Shown piece after piece: positions 1 through 10,258 of a stretch of 64,000 nucleotides of DNA; position 1 is the stretch's first letter, and each line of letters starts with the position of its first letter. Source of the stretch: an uncultured Gemmatimonadales bacterium (GTDB taxonomy: Bacteria > Gemmatimonadota > Gemmatimonadetes > Gemmatimonadales > Gemmatimonadaceae); assembly GCA_963793305.1 (NCBI GenBank), contig CAWBZV010000012.1, forward strand, positions 32,001 to 96,000, given 5' to 3'. The notes beneath the pieces are model-generated. The model saw only the letters and a program-made list of their open reading frames with translations. It did no database searches and was not told the DNA's origin. Both the position numbers and the translations under genes were made by a program.

Positions 1-1584
1 CCGGGGTGAACGACGGGTGGCAGGACTCCGTGAACCGGCCATGGAATGACTTCGCCAACGTCGCGCGTGAGAACGCACGCCACGTGAACGGCGGCGTCAC
101 CATCAACTGGCAGCCCAAGCCGATCTGGGCGACGCACATCACGGGTGGCGTCGACGCGGTCGACCAGACGTTCGGCGACATGAGCATCCTGGCGCCATCA
201 CTGGGGTCCGACAGCGCCATCACCTACGATCATACGCGTCTCACCCAGTACACGGCGGACGCCGGCGCGACCCTGACGGTGGGCGACTCGGTCGCCCGAT
301 CGCAGACGACATTCGGGCTGCAGTATCTGGCCGAGCACTTCCGGGACTCGTCGTATCGGTTCGCCGGATTTCCCGGGACGTTCAACCAAGGCTTCGAGAA
401 TATCGCGGCCGGCAGCCAGGATCGAAGCGCTTACGCGCGCGAGGTGGCGACGCTCGCCAATCATTTCGTGCTCGCCGGCGGCGCGCGGTACGACGACCAG
501 CGGCTCCACGCGGCCCATCTCAACTCGTCGACACTCAACCCCTCGTTCGACGTCAACTGGGCCATCCTCGGTTCGGTGGCGGACCCTCGCCTTCGTATTC
601 GCGGCGCGATGGGGCAGACCACGACGCTCCTCGACGCCCGGCAGCTTGGCTCGGTGGCTGCCCTGGATGTAGCGCAGCTCGGGTGTCTGCCGTTTACCGC
701 GTGCTCGCCACCGCCGATCCATCCCGAGCGCCAACGCGAGTGGGAGACGGGGTTCGATGCATCACTCCCGCATGACCGGTGGACGATCGGGCTCTCGCTC
801 TACTCGAAGCGTAGCATTGGTGTGCGTGTGCCCTTTGACACCATACTGGTTCCACAGGCCATCACATCCGATCGCGGCGTGGAGTTCGAAACCCGAGCCA
901 GGCTGATCGATCGGCCGACGTTCGGCTGGAACTTCGCGTTCGACGCGTCGCAGAACACGGATAAGGTGCTTCGCATGAGCAGTCTCGCGAGCCATCTCTC
1001 TATCGGCGATCCGGTCGGCGCCGTGGTTGGCCATCCACTCGCGGGCGTGTGGCAAAACACGTACACGTACAGCGACGCCAATCACGACGGCGTGATCGAG
1101 CCGAGCGAGGTCCACGTCGACGGTACGACGACGCTCGGTCAGTATGTCGGGTCCGCTGTGCCAACGCATTCTCGCATCCGCATCGACGTTGATCGAGATG
1201 TTCCATCGCCAACTGCGGCTGGCGACGCTGTTCGACTATCGAGGGGGATACGTGCTTCCCGATCTCTCGCTCGAAGAGCACTACGGCTTGGGAGCGCGTG
1301 CGATCAATGCGCCTGGTGCATTGCTCGCCCAACAGGCGGCCATCCTCGCCATTAGCCAGGCCGGAGATCCACCAATGCAGCGCGTCTCAGCGCTGCGCTG
1401 GCGCGAGTTATCGGCGACGGTCGGGACGCCCGGGGTGCACACCGTGCAATTGACGCTCGCGGTCCGGAACCTCAGGCTCTGGACGCATTACCAGGGCGAT
1501 CCCGATTGGCTGCTCACGCCCGTGCAGGAGGAGCAATTGCCCGAGCCGAGGACGTGGCTGCTACGGCTGACCGCCGGGTTCTGA
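1..1584 (+). CDS. SusC/RagA-like TonB-dependent outer-membrane receptor, C-terminal part (5' truncated by window; +1 frameshift near 1170)
   Basis: Beta-barrel motifs (PERQREWETGFD, GVEFE, YSDANHDGVIEPSEV) in frame 6..1355 continue in frame 1144..1584 (LFDYRGGY...PRTWLLRLTAGF), which ends in the typical OMP terminal Phe. One extra T in CATT joins the frames. Confidence 0.8.
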
Positions 1585-3339
1585 CCTGAACACGATACGT
1601 GCCGCGCCTGGCGGCGCGTGCACGATGATTGTGTGCGGACTCGTGGTGCCCGCTGGCCGCACCGTGACACCGACGTCGGCGCTGACGTAGCTCCACGATG
1701 CCGGCACCGAGATCGGCAGTCCGTCGATGGCCTGCTGAGCGTTGAGGTGCAGCGTGATCGTTGGACCCTCGGCGGTCACGTCGCAGCCGACCGCGTCGCG
1801 CGCCGCCCACCAGCGACCGTAACCCGACACGGTACCAAACCAGGCGGTCGATCGGAGCGCCCCAACGAACCCCTGTTCGAATTTGAGCTTGTAGTCCGTG
1901 ACGTTCGGATGGATCAACACGACCATCTCGCCGCCGTAGCGGGACACCCGCCGCGCGACGTTGAGCGCGTCGTTGATCCGCGCGTCCATCCGAGGGAGCG
2001 CCTCGTCCTCGATAGAGACCGGAAACTCGAAGATGCCACTCTCGGCCTCGCCCGCCCGATCATCCGTGAGCGCGAACGGCAGATGCGTGAGCGACGCATT
2101 CGCGGTCGTCGATGAGCTGAAGCGATAGCCGACCGCGGCGAGCGCCTGGGGCAGTACGCGAGGCTCGGCGAGATAGCCGGGCCGGAATGCCGTGACGGTG
2201 TCGGGCGCGATCGATTCCAGGAGATATTTGCTGATCCGGAGCTCGCCGAGCACCGTTGCACCCGTTGTCGCCGTCGCGTTCTGCACGAACGGCCGATAGC
2301 CCGGAAAGCGCTCGTCACCCGTGCCGACCGGGAGGGTGGCAAATTGGCGCGAGTGGGCGACCGAGTGACTGGCGAGCTCCAGCCCGGCCATGGCGAGCTG
2401 TCGGAGCTTCGGCGACGCCGCATCATTGAAGAACACGTCATCGTTATAGTCGCGCACATACTTGGTCTGCACGAAGTACGTCGCCGGAATGCCCGCGGCG
2501 TGCTCGAAGTCGGCGTAGGCCTGCGAGTTGTCGACGGAGCGCAGGTAGTCCACGTCATGGGTGATCATCACCGCGAGCGGCTTGCCGTCGGGTACGGTGC
2601 CGAGCGTGACCGCGTGCGGCTCACCGTCGACATAGAGCTGTCGTATCACGCGGAGCCAGACGTCGATCGTCGGCTCGAATTGGTTATCGTAGGCTCGCGC
2701 GAGCGTCTCGTCATGACCGCCATAGCCGGTCTCGAGCAGCGCGCCGAGATCGACGCCGAGTGCATAGGCATGGCCATGGACCGTGATGGCCGCGGTGCCA
2801 TCGTCGAATGTCGCGAGCGGCGGTTCAATCGGTTTCGTGTACCCATACGCAGGTGGCGCTCGGAGCGTCGACTCGCGAGGATCATCGAGGCCGAAGCGCT
2901 TGATCGCACCTGGCGCAAAAGTGATCGCTGAGCGAGTGCGCGATGGGACGGCCTCGGCAAACCCGAACGTTTCGGCCAACCCACCACCCAGCACGTTGGT
3001 CGCGATCAAGGTCCCATGGTATTCGGTGAGCGCATGCAGTGCGTCGGCGGAGAGGGTACGGCCAGAGATAATGGGGTACACCAACACGACCCGATGCGTC
3101 AGGGCCGCGTGATAGTCACGCGTGATGACAAACGGGATGCCGATGGTACGGAGCCCGTGCGCGAGGGGCAGCCATGGGGCGGATGAGTCGGTGAGGAGCA
3201 CCGCCAACCGACTGGCGCCGCCAGTGGAGAACGATTGCCATTGGGCAGCCGTCGCATGCCGGATATGCGTCGCGTTCGCCGGCCCGGGACCAGGCAATAC
3301 CGCCGCAGCGGCGAGGCTCGCCGCGAAGAGTCCGCGCAT
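1561..3339 (-). CDS. Secreted polysaccharide deacetylase family protein
   Basis: Signal peptide; NodB-like motifs ITHDVD, ATYFVQ, ASHSVAH, FRPGYL, VVLIHP. Confidence 0.8.
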   Translation of the reverse strand: MRGLFAASLAAAAVLPGPGPANATHIRHATAAQWQSFSTGGASRLAVLLTDSSAPWLPLAHGLRTIGIPFVITRDYHAALTHRVVLVYPIISGRTLSADALHALTEYHGTLIATNVLGGGLAETFGFAEAVPSRTRSAITFAPGAIKRFGLDDPRESTLRAPPAYGYTKPIEPPLATFDDGTAAITVHGHAYALGVDLGALLETGYGGHDETLARAYDNQFEPTIDVWLRVIRQLYVDGEPHAVTLGTVPDGKPLAVMITHDVDYLRSVDNSQAYADFEHAAGIPATYFVQTKYVRDYNDDVFFNDAASPKLRQLAMAGLELASHSVAHSRQFATLPVGTGDERFPGYRPFVQNATATTGATVLGELRISKYLLESIAPDTVTAFRPGYLAEPRVLPQALAAVGYRFSSSTTANASLTHLPFALTDDRAGEAESGIFEFPVSIEDEALPRMDARINDALNVARRVSRYGGEMVVLIHPNVTDYKLKFEQGFVGALRSTAWFGTVSGYGRWWAARDAVGCDVTAEGPTITLHLNAQQAIDGLPISVPASWSYVSADVGVTVRPAGTTSPHTIIVHAPPGAARIVFRSEPGGQP

Positions 3340-3360
3340 ATGGTGAATGACGACTGACGC

Positions 3361-3783
3361 CTAGGCCGGTCGCGACCGGCCGTCGGCCGCGGCGCAGCGC
3401 TCGCGGACGATGGCCGACAATTCCTCGATATCGAACGGCTTGAGGAGCACCGGGCACCCAGTGGCTTGCAGCGTGGCGTGCGTCGAGGCCGCGATATCGC
3501 CCGTAATGAAGATCGTGCGCTCTTTGAGGTGCGGCTGCACACTCTGCGCGTACTCGAAGAGCAGGTCGCCGCGCACGTCCGGGATCCGATAGTCGAGGAT
3601 GAGGCAATCGATCTGCTTCTCGCCGAGCGTGCGTTCGGCGGCCTCGCCAGACGAAGCGACGTTGACGACGTAGCCGTCCCGCATCAGCAGCGTCGCGAAT
3701 GCCAGTCGGATCGACGGCTCATCGTCGACGAGCAGGATGCGCAGCCCGCCGCCGCGGCGCGGCTTATCCGCGTCCGGCAGCAC
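3361..3783 (-). CDS. Stand-alone response regulator (receiver domain)
   Basis: ILLVDDE, LILD (phospho-Asp), ITG, LLKPF. Confidence 0.9.
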   Translation of the reverse strand: MLPDADKPRRGGGLRILLVDDEPSIRLAFATLLMRDGYVVNVASSGEAAERTLGEKQIDCLILDYRIPDVRGDLLFEYAQSVQPHLKERTIFITGDIAASTHATLQATGCPVLLKPFDIEELSAIVRERCAAADGRSRPA

Positions 3784-4600
3784 GGCGGAGAATGGTGAGG
3801 ACGGGTGGCGCGGCTGGCGCGCGGCCGACGACGAGCTTGGCGAGGGACTCGGCGACGCATTGATCGGGCGTGACGATCCGTCGCCACGCCGCGAACCGGC
3901 GGCCGCTCATCTGGCGCACGTGGGCGGCGAAGATGCGCGGGTCGGCGTATCCCAACCGCAGCGCGACGTTGGACATTGAGAGCGCGGGATTCTGGGCGTA
4001 CTGGTAGCCGCGGAGCACGCGCGCCGCGAGCACCAGCGTGCGGGCCGGGGCGAGTCCCAAGCGTTCCAGCCAGCGGTTGACGTTGCGCCGCGGCATCTCG
4101 GCCGCGACCGCGATGTCCGTCGCGCTGCGGAACCGCGTGGGCCGGCGAAACAACAACTCCACCGCGCCGACCAGCGCGGGCGGGGCGTCGCCGGCGACGA
4201 GCGCGACGCGGAGGGCGCCCAAGATGCGCTCCTCGATCCCGGTCGCGCGCAGCGTCTCCAGCCGATCGCGGAATCGCGTCGGCTCATCGTCGAAGCCGCG
4301 GAGGACGCAGTGGCGCACGCCGAGCTCGCCGAGCGAGAGCATCGCGCGCGTCGATTCGGCGGTGATGTTCGTGTACACCAGGACGGCGACGGCCGGGAAC
4401 CCAGCGCGGATCGCGCGCACCGCTTCGGTATCAGCTGATCCATCGACGCAGGGATCGACGACGGTCACCTCGACGGGTCTGGCCCGCAGCACGCCGGCCA
4501 GGGCCGGCCAACTCGACGCGGCCAGCACGGTGTGCTCGTCCCCGGCGACTATGCGGAGGTGGGACAACATGGCTGGAGTGAGGCGGGCGACTACGAGCAT
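3764..4600 (-). CDS. AraC-family transcriptional regulator with N-terminal receiver-like domain
   Basis: C-terminal AraC double HTH (SATDIAVAAEMPRRNVNRWL...SMSNVALRLGYADPRIFAAHVRQMSG). Start placed at ATG 4600 because the 420-aa ORF overlaps the opposite-strand lipopeptide gene. Confidence 0.8.
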   Translation of the reverse strand: MLVVARLTPAMLSHLRIVAGDEHTVLAASSWPALAGVLRARPVEVTVVDPCVDGSADTEAVRAIRAGFPAVAVLVYTNITAESTRAMLSLGELGVRHCVLRGFDDEPTRFRDRLETLRATGIEERILGALRVALVAGDAPPALVGAVELLFRRPTRFRSATDIAVAAEMPRRNVNRWLERLGLAPARTLVLAARVLRGYQYAQNPALSMSNVALRLGYADPRIFAAHVRQMSGRRFAAWRRIVTPDQCVAESLAKLVVGRAPAAPPVLTILRRAAGRG

Positions 4601-4720
4601 GGGGCCCGCCGCCCGAATGCACCGTCCTTTGTCCCGAATCGCGATTGGCACGACAGATGGAGCAGCCGAGTATAGGTGCACCAAATACGGCTCAGCTGCC
4701 CAATCGCTTCCGAGGTGTAC

Positions 4721-4915
4721 ATGCTCGTTCGCTTCACACTCGCCGCCGCGCTCCTTGCTCTCGCCACTGCCTGCACCAGTCCGACCGCGCCGGTAGCGAA
4801 CTCGAACAGCGCAGTGCACGGCGGCATGTCTGGCGGTGGGGTAATGCCAGGATCCGGCGGCCACACGACCACGACAACACCGGACGACGGCGTGATGCCG
4901 GGGTCCGGCGGTTGA
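4721..4915 (+). CDS. Small (64 aa) predicted lipoprotein/secreted peptide with two GVMPGSGG repeats
   Basis: GAGGTG RBS before ATG 4721; hydrophobic leader ending LATA-C; the repeats differ only at synonymous positions. Confidence 0.75.
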   Translation: MLVRFTLAAALLALATACTSPTAPVANSNSAVHGGMSGGGVMPGSGGHTTTTTPDDGVMPGSGG

Positions 4916-4994
4916 ACGGCTAAATACCTCGCGGGCCGCTCCATGTCCGTCGGTTCGAGTACCTGATCTCCGTACTGCACGTGGCCGTTGCCGG

Positions 4995-6290
4995 CTAACC
5001 GCCGGCCGCGGCGAGTAGTCGCGCACCGTGTATTGCTTCAGCCACCCGGTTCACCCGAGCCGGCCGGGGGGACGCAATCGTGTGTCGTGGCGGCACCAAG
5101 GCGCGACCAGCGCTGAGAGCCGCCAATGCTGCCTGCGCGCGACGGAGAATATCGGCCAGTCCGTACCGTTGCGCGACGGTGACCGCCCGGTCGAACGCCG
5201 CCGCGGCGAGTGACGGCTGGCCGAACGCCAAGTGGCCCTGCCCCACGTAATAGTCGAATTCCGTCGCGAGTGACGGCGGGAGGCCGATGCCGCCCAACGC
5301 GCGCCGATGCCGCATGAAATCGAGCTCGCGCCGCTCGATCGTCGCGATCTCAATCATATTGATCGTGGCCGCCCACCGCGTGAACGGCTCTTGCGCGGTC
5401 TCGGCGAGCAACGCGTTGGCTTCGCGCGCCACGTCGGGATAGCCGGCCTGCAAGAGGAGTGTCGCCAGTGACACGAGGACGCGCTCGCGCTCGATCACAT
5501 CGGTCATGGCGGTCCACGCTTCATACGCGTAGGTGATCGCATCGTCCGGGTGGCCGAGCTGCGCAGCGACGAGGGAGAGGTCGTGAAACGCCATCGCGCG
5601 CACCTCGCCACAGTCGGTTCCGGTCGCGCCCGCAATGATCGCGGCGAGACGCTCATGCGCCACCGACAGATCGCCCCGTCCGACTGAGATCTTCGCTTCG
5701 CCGAGGTTCGCCCGCAACACGCTACGCTCATCACCTCGCGTCGCGGCGAGCTTGCCAGCGGCGCGGTACGCCTGCAGGGCGCGTTCGACGTCGCCCATCG
5801 TGCGGTAGCACACGCCGAGATAGATCGCCGTGGCGGTCGCGACCTCGCCATCCAGCGGCCCGATGACGCCATCGCCGACGTACGAATCCCAGACGATGGC
5901 GTAGACGTTGGCGGCGAGACCCCACGCCGAGCGGATGTGGAGCGCGCGGGCGTAGGCGAACAATGGCGCGACGAGGCGTGGGGGCTCGCCATCGTGCGCG
6001 GCAACGATCCGCGCGACGATCGAGCTCAGGAGCCGGCGCTCGGCGCCTTTCGTCGGCAGCTCCGCGATCACGCTTTGGACCGCGTCGACCTCATACTTGA
6101 AGGCCTTCTCTTGGGCACGCAGCGTGGCGAGCGAAGATTGCGCGCCATTGCCGTACTCGCTCCACGCATTGAGGAGGCGGAGCGCGACCAGGCCGGCACG
6201 GGCGGCACGCCATGCATTGCTGGCTTCGTCGGTCGTCGCCAGGACGTTGAAGAACGCGCGATGGCGCAGCGTCCCGTTTGTATCAATCAT
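4995..6290 (-). CDS. Tetratricopeptide-repeat (TPR) protein
   Basis: TPR-like helices (YLGVCYRTMGDVERALQAYRAA, FHDLSLVAAQLGHPDDAITYAYEA, YVGQGHLAFGQPSLAAAAFDRA). Start uncertain between 6290 and 6389. Confidence 0.75.
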   Translation of the reverse strand: MIDTNGTLRHRAFFNVLATTDEASNAWRAARAGLVALRLLNAWSEYGNGAQSSLATLRAQEKAFKYEVDAVQSVIAELPTKGAERRLLSSIVARIVAAHDGEPPRLVAPLFAYARALHIRSAWGLAANVYAIVWDSYVGDGVIGPLDGEVATATAIYLGVCYRTMGDVERALQAYRAAGKLAATRGDERSVLRANLGEAKISVGRGDLSVAHERLAAIIAGATGTDCGEVRAMAFHDLSLVAAQLGHPDDAITYAYEAWTAMTDVIERERVLVSLATLLLQAGYPDVAREANALLAETAQEPFTRWAATINMIEIATIERRELDFMRHRRALGGIGLPPSLATEFDYYVGQGHLAFGQPSLAAAAFDRAVTVAQRYGLADILRRAQAALAALSAGRALVPPRHTIASPRPARVNRVAEAIHGARLLAAAGG

Positions 6291-6475
6291 AGGTAGCACC
6301 ATCGGGATCCGGTTTCTCGGATGAAGGCTACGATACGGTAATGCGGCGGATTCTGCCATGCCGTGATGCCTCCCACAGCCGGAGCACACCGTCCCGCTTT
6401 GGGACAGTAGCGATCCCGGGCACCGTCGCCTATATCGTTGCCAGATAAGGTGTTGCGTTTCGGCACGTCACATGC

Positions 6476-8884
6476 TTGGAACTGAGCTCACCTGTGCGCG
6501 CCCTACTGAATGACGTACGCGTGGCGATTCGGATACTCGCCAGATCTTGGTCGTTTTCACTGACAGTTATAGCGACACTAACGCTAGGTATTGGCGCCAG
6601 TATAGCGACTTTCAGCGTCGTTAGTGGTGTTTTGTTGCACCCGCTCCCGTATGCTGGCGCCGACCGCCTGGTGGTCCTGACCGGCGGCAACCGGGTCTCG
6701 ATTCCTGATGGCATTGATTGGCGCGAGCGCGGCCGGTCGTTCTCTGACATTGCCTTGTTCTTGAGCTCCTGGGATTTTGACTTGAGCGCGCCGGCCGAGC
6801 GCATTAATGGCGCCGTCGTCGAACCACGGTTCTTCCATGTGATGGGACTCCATGCCGAACGAGGGCGCGAGCTCGAGGCCGCCGACAACGTTGCCGGTGG
6901 TCCGCGGGTGGTCGTGATCGCTCATCGGCTCTGGGTGCGACGGTTCAACGCTGACACCGCGGTCGTCGGCCGCGCGATTCTGTTGAGCGGGAAACCCGCG
7001 ACGATTGTTGGCGTGATGCCCGACGCCGCTGATGTCTTCGAGGCCGGGGTCGATCTCTGGGGGGTCGAAGCGATCGAGACCCCCTGGGCGCGTGACAATC
7101 GCGGCACAAACAACTTCGACGCCATCGCCCGCCTCGCTCCGGGCGTCACGCTCGATGGCGCGCGAAGGGAGATCAGCGCGATCTCGCGGGAACTCGCCGC
7201 GCAGTATCCGGAGAGCAACGAAGGCAAGATCGCCGGCGCCACGCGACTCATTGATGCATTGGTGGGGCCGGTGCGCGCGCCGCTCGTGCTGCTGCTGGGT
7301 GCGATCACCCTGGCCCTGCTCCTCGCCAGCGCGAATCTCGCCGGCCTCTTGCTGGCGCGCGCCGAGACGCGCCGGGCCGAAATCGCGCTCCGGCGGGCGC
7401 TCGGCGGCGGGCGCGCCGCGATCATCCGGCAGCTCATGACCGAGGGATTCGTACTCGTCTCGGTCGGCACCGCGCTCGGGCTCGTCCTCGCGGCCGCCGG
7501 TCGCAGCGCGCTTGTGAGCGCCGCGCCTGCATCATTGCCGCGCGTCGCGGAAATTGGCATCGACGCGCGCGTGATCGCGTTCTCCGTCGCCCTCGCCGTT
7601 CTCACGGGTGTGTTGTTCACGCTCGGTCCCGCGATCGCGCTCGTGCGGGCGTCGCCGGCCGAGAGTCTCTCCGCCCGCGGCCAACTCGCGCCGCATTCGC
7701 GTAACGTGTTGCGTGGGCTCGTCGTGGCCGAATTGGTCGCGGGACTCGTGCTCGTCACCGGCGCGGCGTTGCTCGTTCGTAGTGTCGTGAGCCTCGAGCA
7801 CGTCGACCTGGGATTCGATCCCGCGGGCGTCGTCACCGCTGACCTCGTGCTGCCCGAAGCCCGCTACGGGACCCGCGCACAGCAGACCGCGGCGTTCCGC
7901 GCGGTCGTGCAGGCCCTCGTGACATTACCGGGCGTGGATGCCGCGGGCTCCGTCATCGGGGCGCCGCTCTCGGCGACCGGTCACGTTGGTCATACACTCG
8001 CGGTCGAAGGTCGTCCGCCATTGCCGGCCGGCGCCGATGGCGCAGCGGATCGCCCGGTCGTCGGGAGTTATTTCCGCGCGCTCCGGATCCCGATCACGGC
8101 TGGGCGTGCGTTCACCGAAGCGGATCGCGAGGAGACACTCCCGGTCACCATCGTCAATCATGCGCTGGCCGAGAGACTCTGGCCGGGCGCGTCGCCGCTC
8201 GGCGCCCGCATCAAATGGATTCGCGTCGACGGCAACCCGGGATGGATGACGGTGATTGGCGTCGCGGGAGATGTCGCTGGCAGCGATCCCGCGACCCCGG
8301 ACGAACCGGCCGTGTACATGCCCTACGCACAGCGGACCGAGACCTGGCAGCGATTCGGCACGCTCGTCGTCCGTGCGCGCGATGCCCGACGCGGCGCCGC
8401 GGCGCTCCGCGAGGCGATCGCGCGCGTCGACGCCGATGTGCCGCTGGCTCATGTGGGCTCGATGCTCGACCACAGGGGCGCGACGATCGCGCAGCAGCGC
8501 TTCGACGCGATGGCGCTCGCCGTGTTCGCGCTCGGCGCTCTGGTGCTCGCGGTGCAAGGCGTGTACGGCACGGTCAGCTATCTCGTCGAGCACCGCCGCC
8601 GCGAATTTGGCGTGCGGGTAGCGGTCGGGGCGACCAAGGGCGACGTGGTGCGCCTCGTCCTTGGCGACGCCGCGCGCGTCGCGCTGGTCGGCTTGAGTGT
8701 AGGATCTCTCGTGGCGCTCCTGGCGACGCGACTCCTCTCCGGGCTCCTGTACGGCGTGGCGCCCGATGACTTCTCCACGCACGTCGCTGCCGCCATCACG
8801 CTCGCCGCCGCGGCACTCGGCGGCGCCTACTTCCCCGCCCGGCGGGCGGCTCGCGCCGACCCCGCGACATCCCTCCGTCAGTAG
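6476..8884 (+). CDS. ABC transporter permease, duplicated MacB/FtsX (ADOP-type orphan permease)
   Basis: LTLGIGASIATFSVV, LHPLPYAGADRLV, RRAEIALRRALGG, RRREFGVRVAVGA, PARRAARADP. Confidence 0.9.
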   Translation: MELSSPVRALLNDVRVAIRILARSWSFSLTVIATLTLGIGASIATFSVVSGVLLHPLPYAGADRLVVLTGGNRVSIPDGIDWRERGRSFSDIALFLSSWDFDLSAPAERINGAVVEPRFFHVMGLHAERGRELEAADNVAGGPRVVVIAHRLWVRRFNADTAVVGRAILLSGKPATIVGVMPDAADVFEAGVDLWGVEAIETPWARDNRGTNNFDAIARLAPGVTLDGARREISAISRELAAQYPESNEGKIAGATRLIDALVGPVRAPLVLLLGAITLALLLASANLAGLLLARAETRRAEIALRRALGGGRAAIIRQLMTEGFVLVSVGTALGLVLAAAGRSALVSAAPASLPRVAEIGIDARVIAFSVALAVLTGVLFTLGPAIALVRASPAESLSARGQLAPHSRNVLRGLVVAELVAGLVLVTGAALLVRSVVSLEHVDLGFDPAGVVTADLVLPEARYGTRAQQTAAFRAVVQALVTLPGVDAAGSVIGAPLSATGHVGHTLAVEGRPPLPAGADGAADRPVVGSYFRALRIPITAGRAFTEADREETLPVTIVNHALAERLWPGASPLGARIKWIRVDGNPGWMTVIGVAGDVAGSDPATPDEPAVYMPYAQRTETWQRFGTLVVRARDARRGAAALREAIARVDADVPLAHVGSMLDHRGATIAQQRFDAMALAVFALGALVLAVQGVYGTVSYLVEHRRREFGVRVAVGATKGDVVRLVLGDAARVALVGLSVGSLVALLATRLLSGLLYGVAPDDFSTHVAAAITLAAAALGGAYFPARRAARADPATSLRQ

Positions 8885-8899
8885 CGTATACTGCGCGCC

Positions 8900-10258
8900 G
8901 TGTCTCCGGCGCGCGCTGTGCTGATCCTCATCGCCGCGACGACGGCCGCGCGCATCGCGCTGGCGCTGACCGTCGGCCTCGGCGTCGATGAGTCGTACGC
9001 CGCCTCCGTCGCGCATCCCATCGCGCTCAGCTACTTCGATCATCCACCGCTGCATTTCTGGATCGCGGCGGCGGCCGAGTTGCACAGGGGAGCGAGTCCG
9101 CTGGCCGATCTGGCGGTTCGGTCGCCGTTCATCGCGCTATTCGCGCTGACGACGTGGCTCATGTACCTGGTCACCACGCGCGTGTTCGACGCCCGCGCGG
9201 GGATGTATGCGGCGCTTGCGCTCAATGTCTCGCCCGTGTTCAGCGTGAGCACCGGCGGTTGGGTGCTTCCCGACGGGCCCTTGATGTGCGCGTGGCTCGC
9301 GGCGGTGTACTGCGTCCTTCGCGCGGAGGACTCCCCCTGGTGGTGGCTGGGCGCCGGCGTCACCACGGGGCTGGCGCTGCTGTCGAAATACCACGGCGTG
9401 CTGCTCATGGGCGGGATTTTTATCTACTTGCTCATCGCTGCGCGCCAGTGGCTGGCTCGTCCGTGGCCGTACCTCGCGGCATTGATTGCACTGGCGATGT
9501 TCACGCCGGTTATCGTCTGGAACGCCGAGCACCAGTGGATCTCATTTGCGTTTCAACTCGGCCGCAACACCGAGTCCCACGCGCCCCGACTCCTGGCGCT
9601 CGCCGAGAATATCGGCGGTCAGGTCGCACTGGTCACGCCGTGGGTGTGGATACCGCTCATCATCTCCGCCTGGCACGAGCGCCGGTCGTCGCCGCTCTGC
9701 GCGATCCTCGGCGTCATTCCGATCGCGTTGTTCACACTCGCGTCGCTGGGCGGCAACCCGGGGCAGCCGCATTGGCCAGCGCCGGGCTATCTCATGCTGT
9801 TCCCATTCCTCGGGCATGCCGCGTCCAGGTATCCGCTGCGAACGCGCCACTGGCTCGCCGTGTCGGGATGCATACTGGCATTCGGGGTGACGGCCGTCGC
9901 CGTACTCCAACCGGTCGAGGACTTGATCGACTGGCGAGGCCTCGACGCGGCTGGCGAGGCGTTCGTTGCGGCGCCCAGTTGGATCCAGGCGGGCAAGGCG
10001 TCGTGGGCGCTGGGCCCCGATGTGCCCGTCATCTGTCTGTGCACGGCACCGCACCAGTTCGCCTTCACTCGCGACCAGGGCGAGTTTGTCGGGCATGATG
10101 CGATCATCGTGATGCGACCGAAGACCGCGGTGCAGATGTTGCCGCGGTATCAGCCGTATTTCGCGTCGATCACGCCGCTACGCGAGATGCACATCCACGG
10201 GACGCTGACGGTCGATCTGTATCTGGCGAAGAATTTTCAGAGACTGTTCCCGAGGTGA
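8900..10258 (+). CDS. Glycosyltransferase family 39 / ArnT-like membrane glycosyltransferase
   Basis: DESY, YFDHPPL, PDGPL, LALLSKY motifs; multiple TM helices; TATACT box 7 nt before GTG. Confidence 0.85.
   Translation: MSPARAVLILIAATTAARIALALTVGLGVDESYAASVAHPIALSYFDHPPLHFWIAAAAELHRGASPLADLAVRSPFIALFALTTWLMYLVTTRVFDARAGMYAALALNVSPVFSVSTGGWVLPDGPLMCAWLAAVYCVLRAEDSPWWWLGAGVTTGLALLSKYHGVLLMGGIFIYLLIAARQWLARPWPYLAALIALAMFTPVIVWNAEHQWISFAFQLGRNTESHAPRLLALAENIGGQVALVTPWVWIPLIISAWHERRSSPLCAILGVIPIALFTLASLGGNPGQPHWPAPGYLMLFPFLGHAASRYPLRTRHWLAVSGCILAFGVTAVAVLQPVEDLIDWRGLDAAGEAFVAAPSWIQAGKASWALGPDVPVICLCTAPHQFAFTRDQGEFVGHDAIIVMRPKTAVQMLPRYQPYFASITPLREMHIHGTLTVDLYLAKNFQRLFPR

Noticed and set aside
3764..5026. 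420-aa version of the AraC regulator
   Set aside because: The N-terminal 140 aa are low-complexity antisense of the lipopeptide gene and its promoter.
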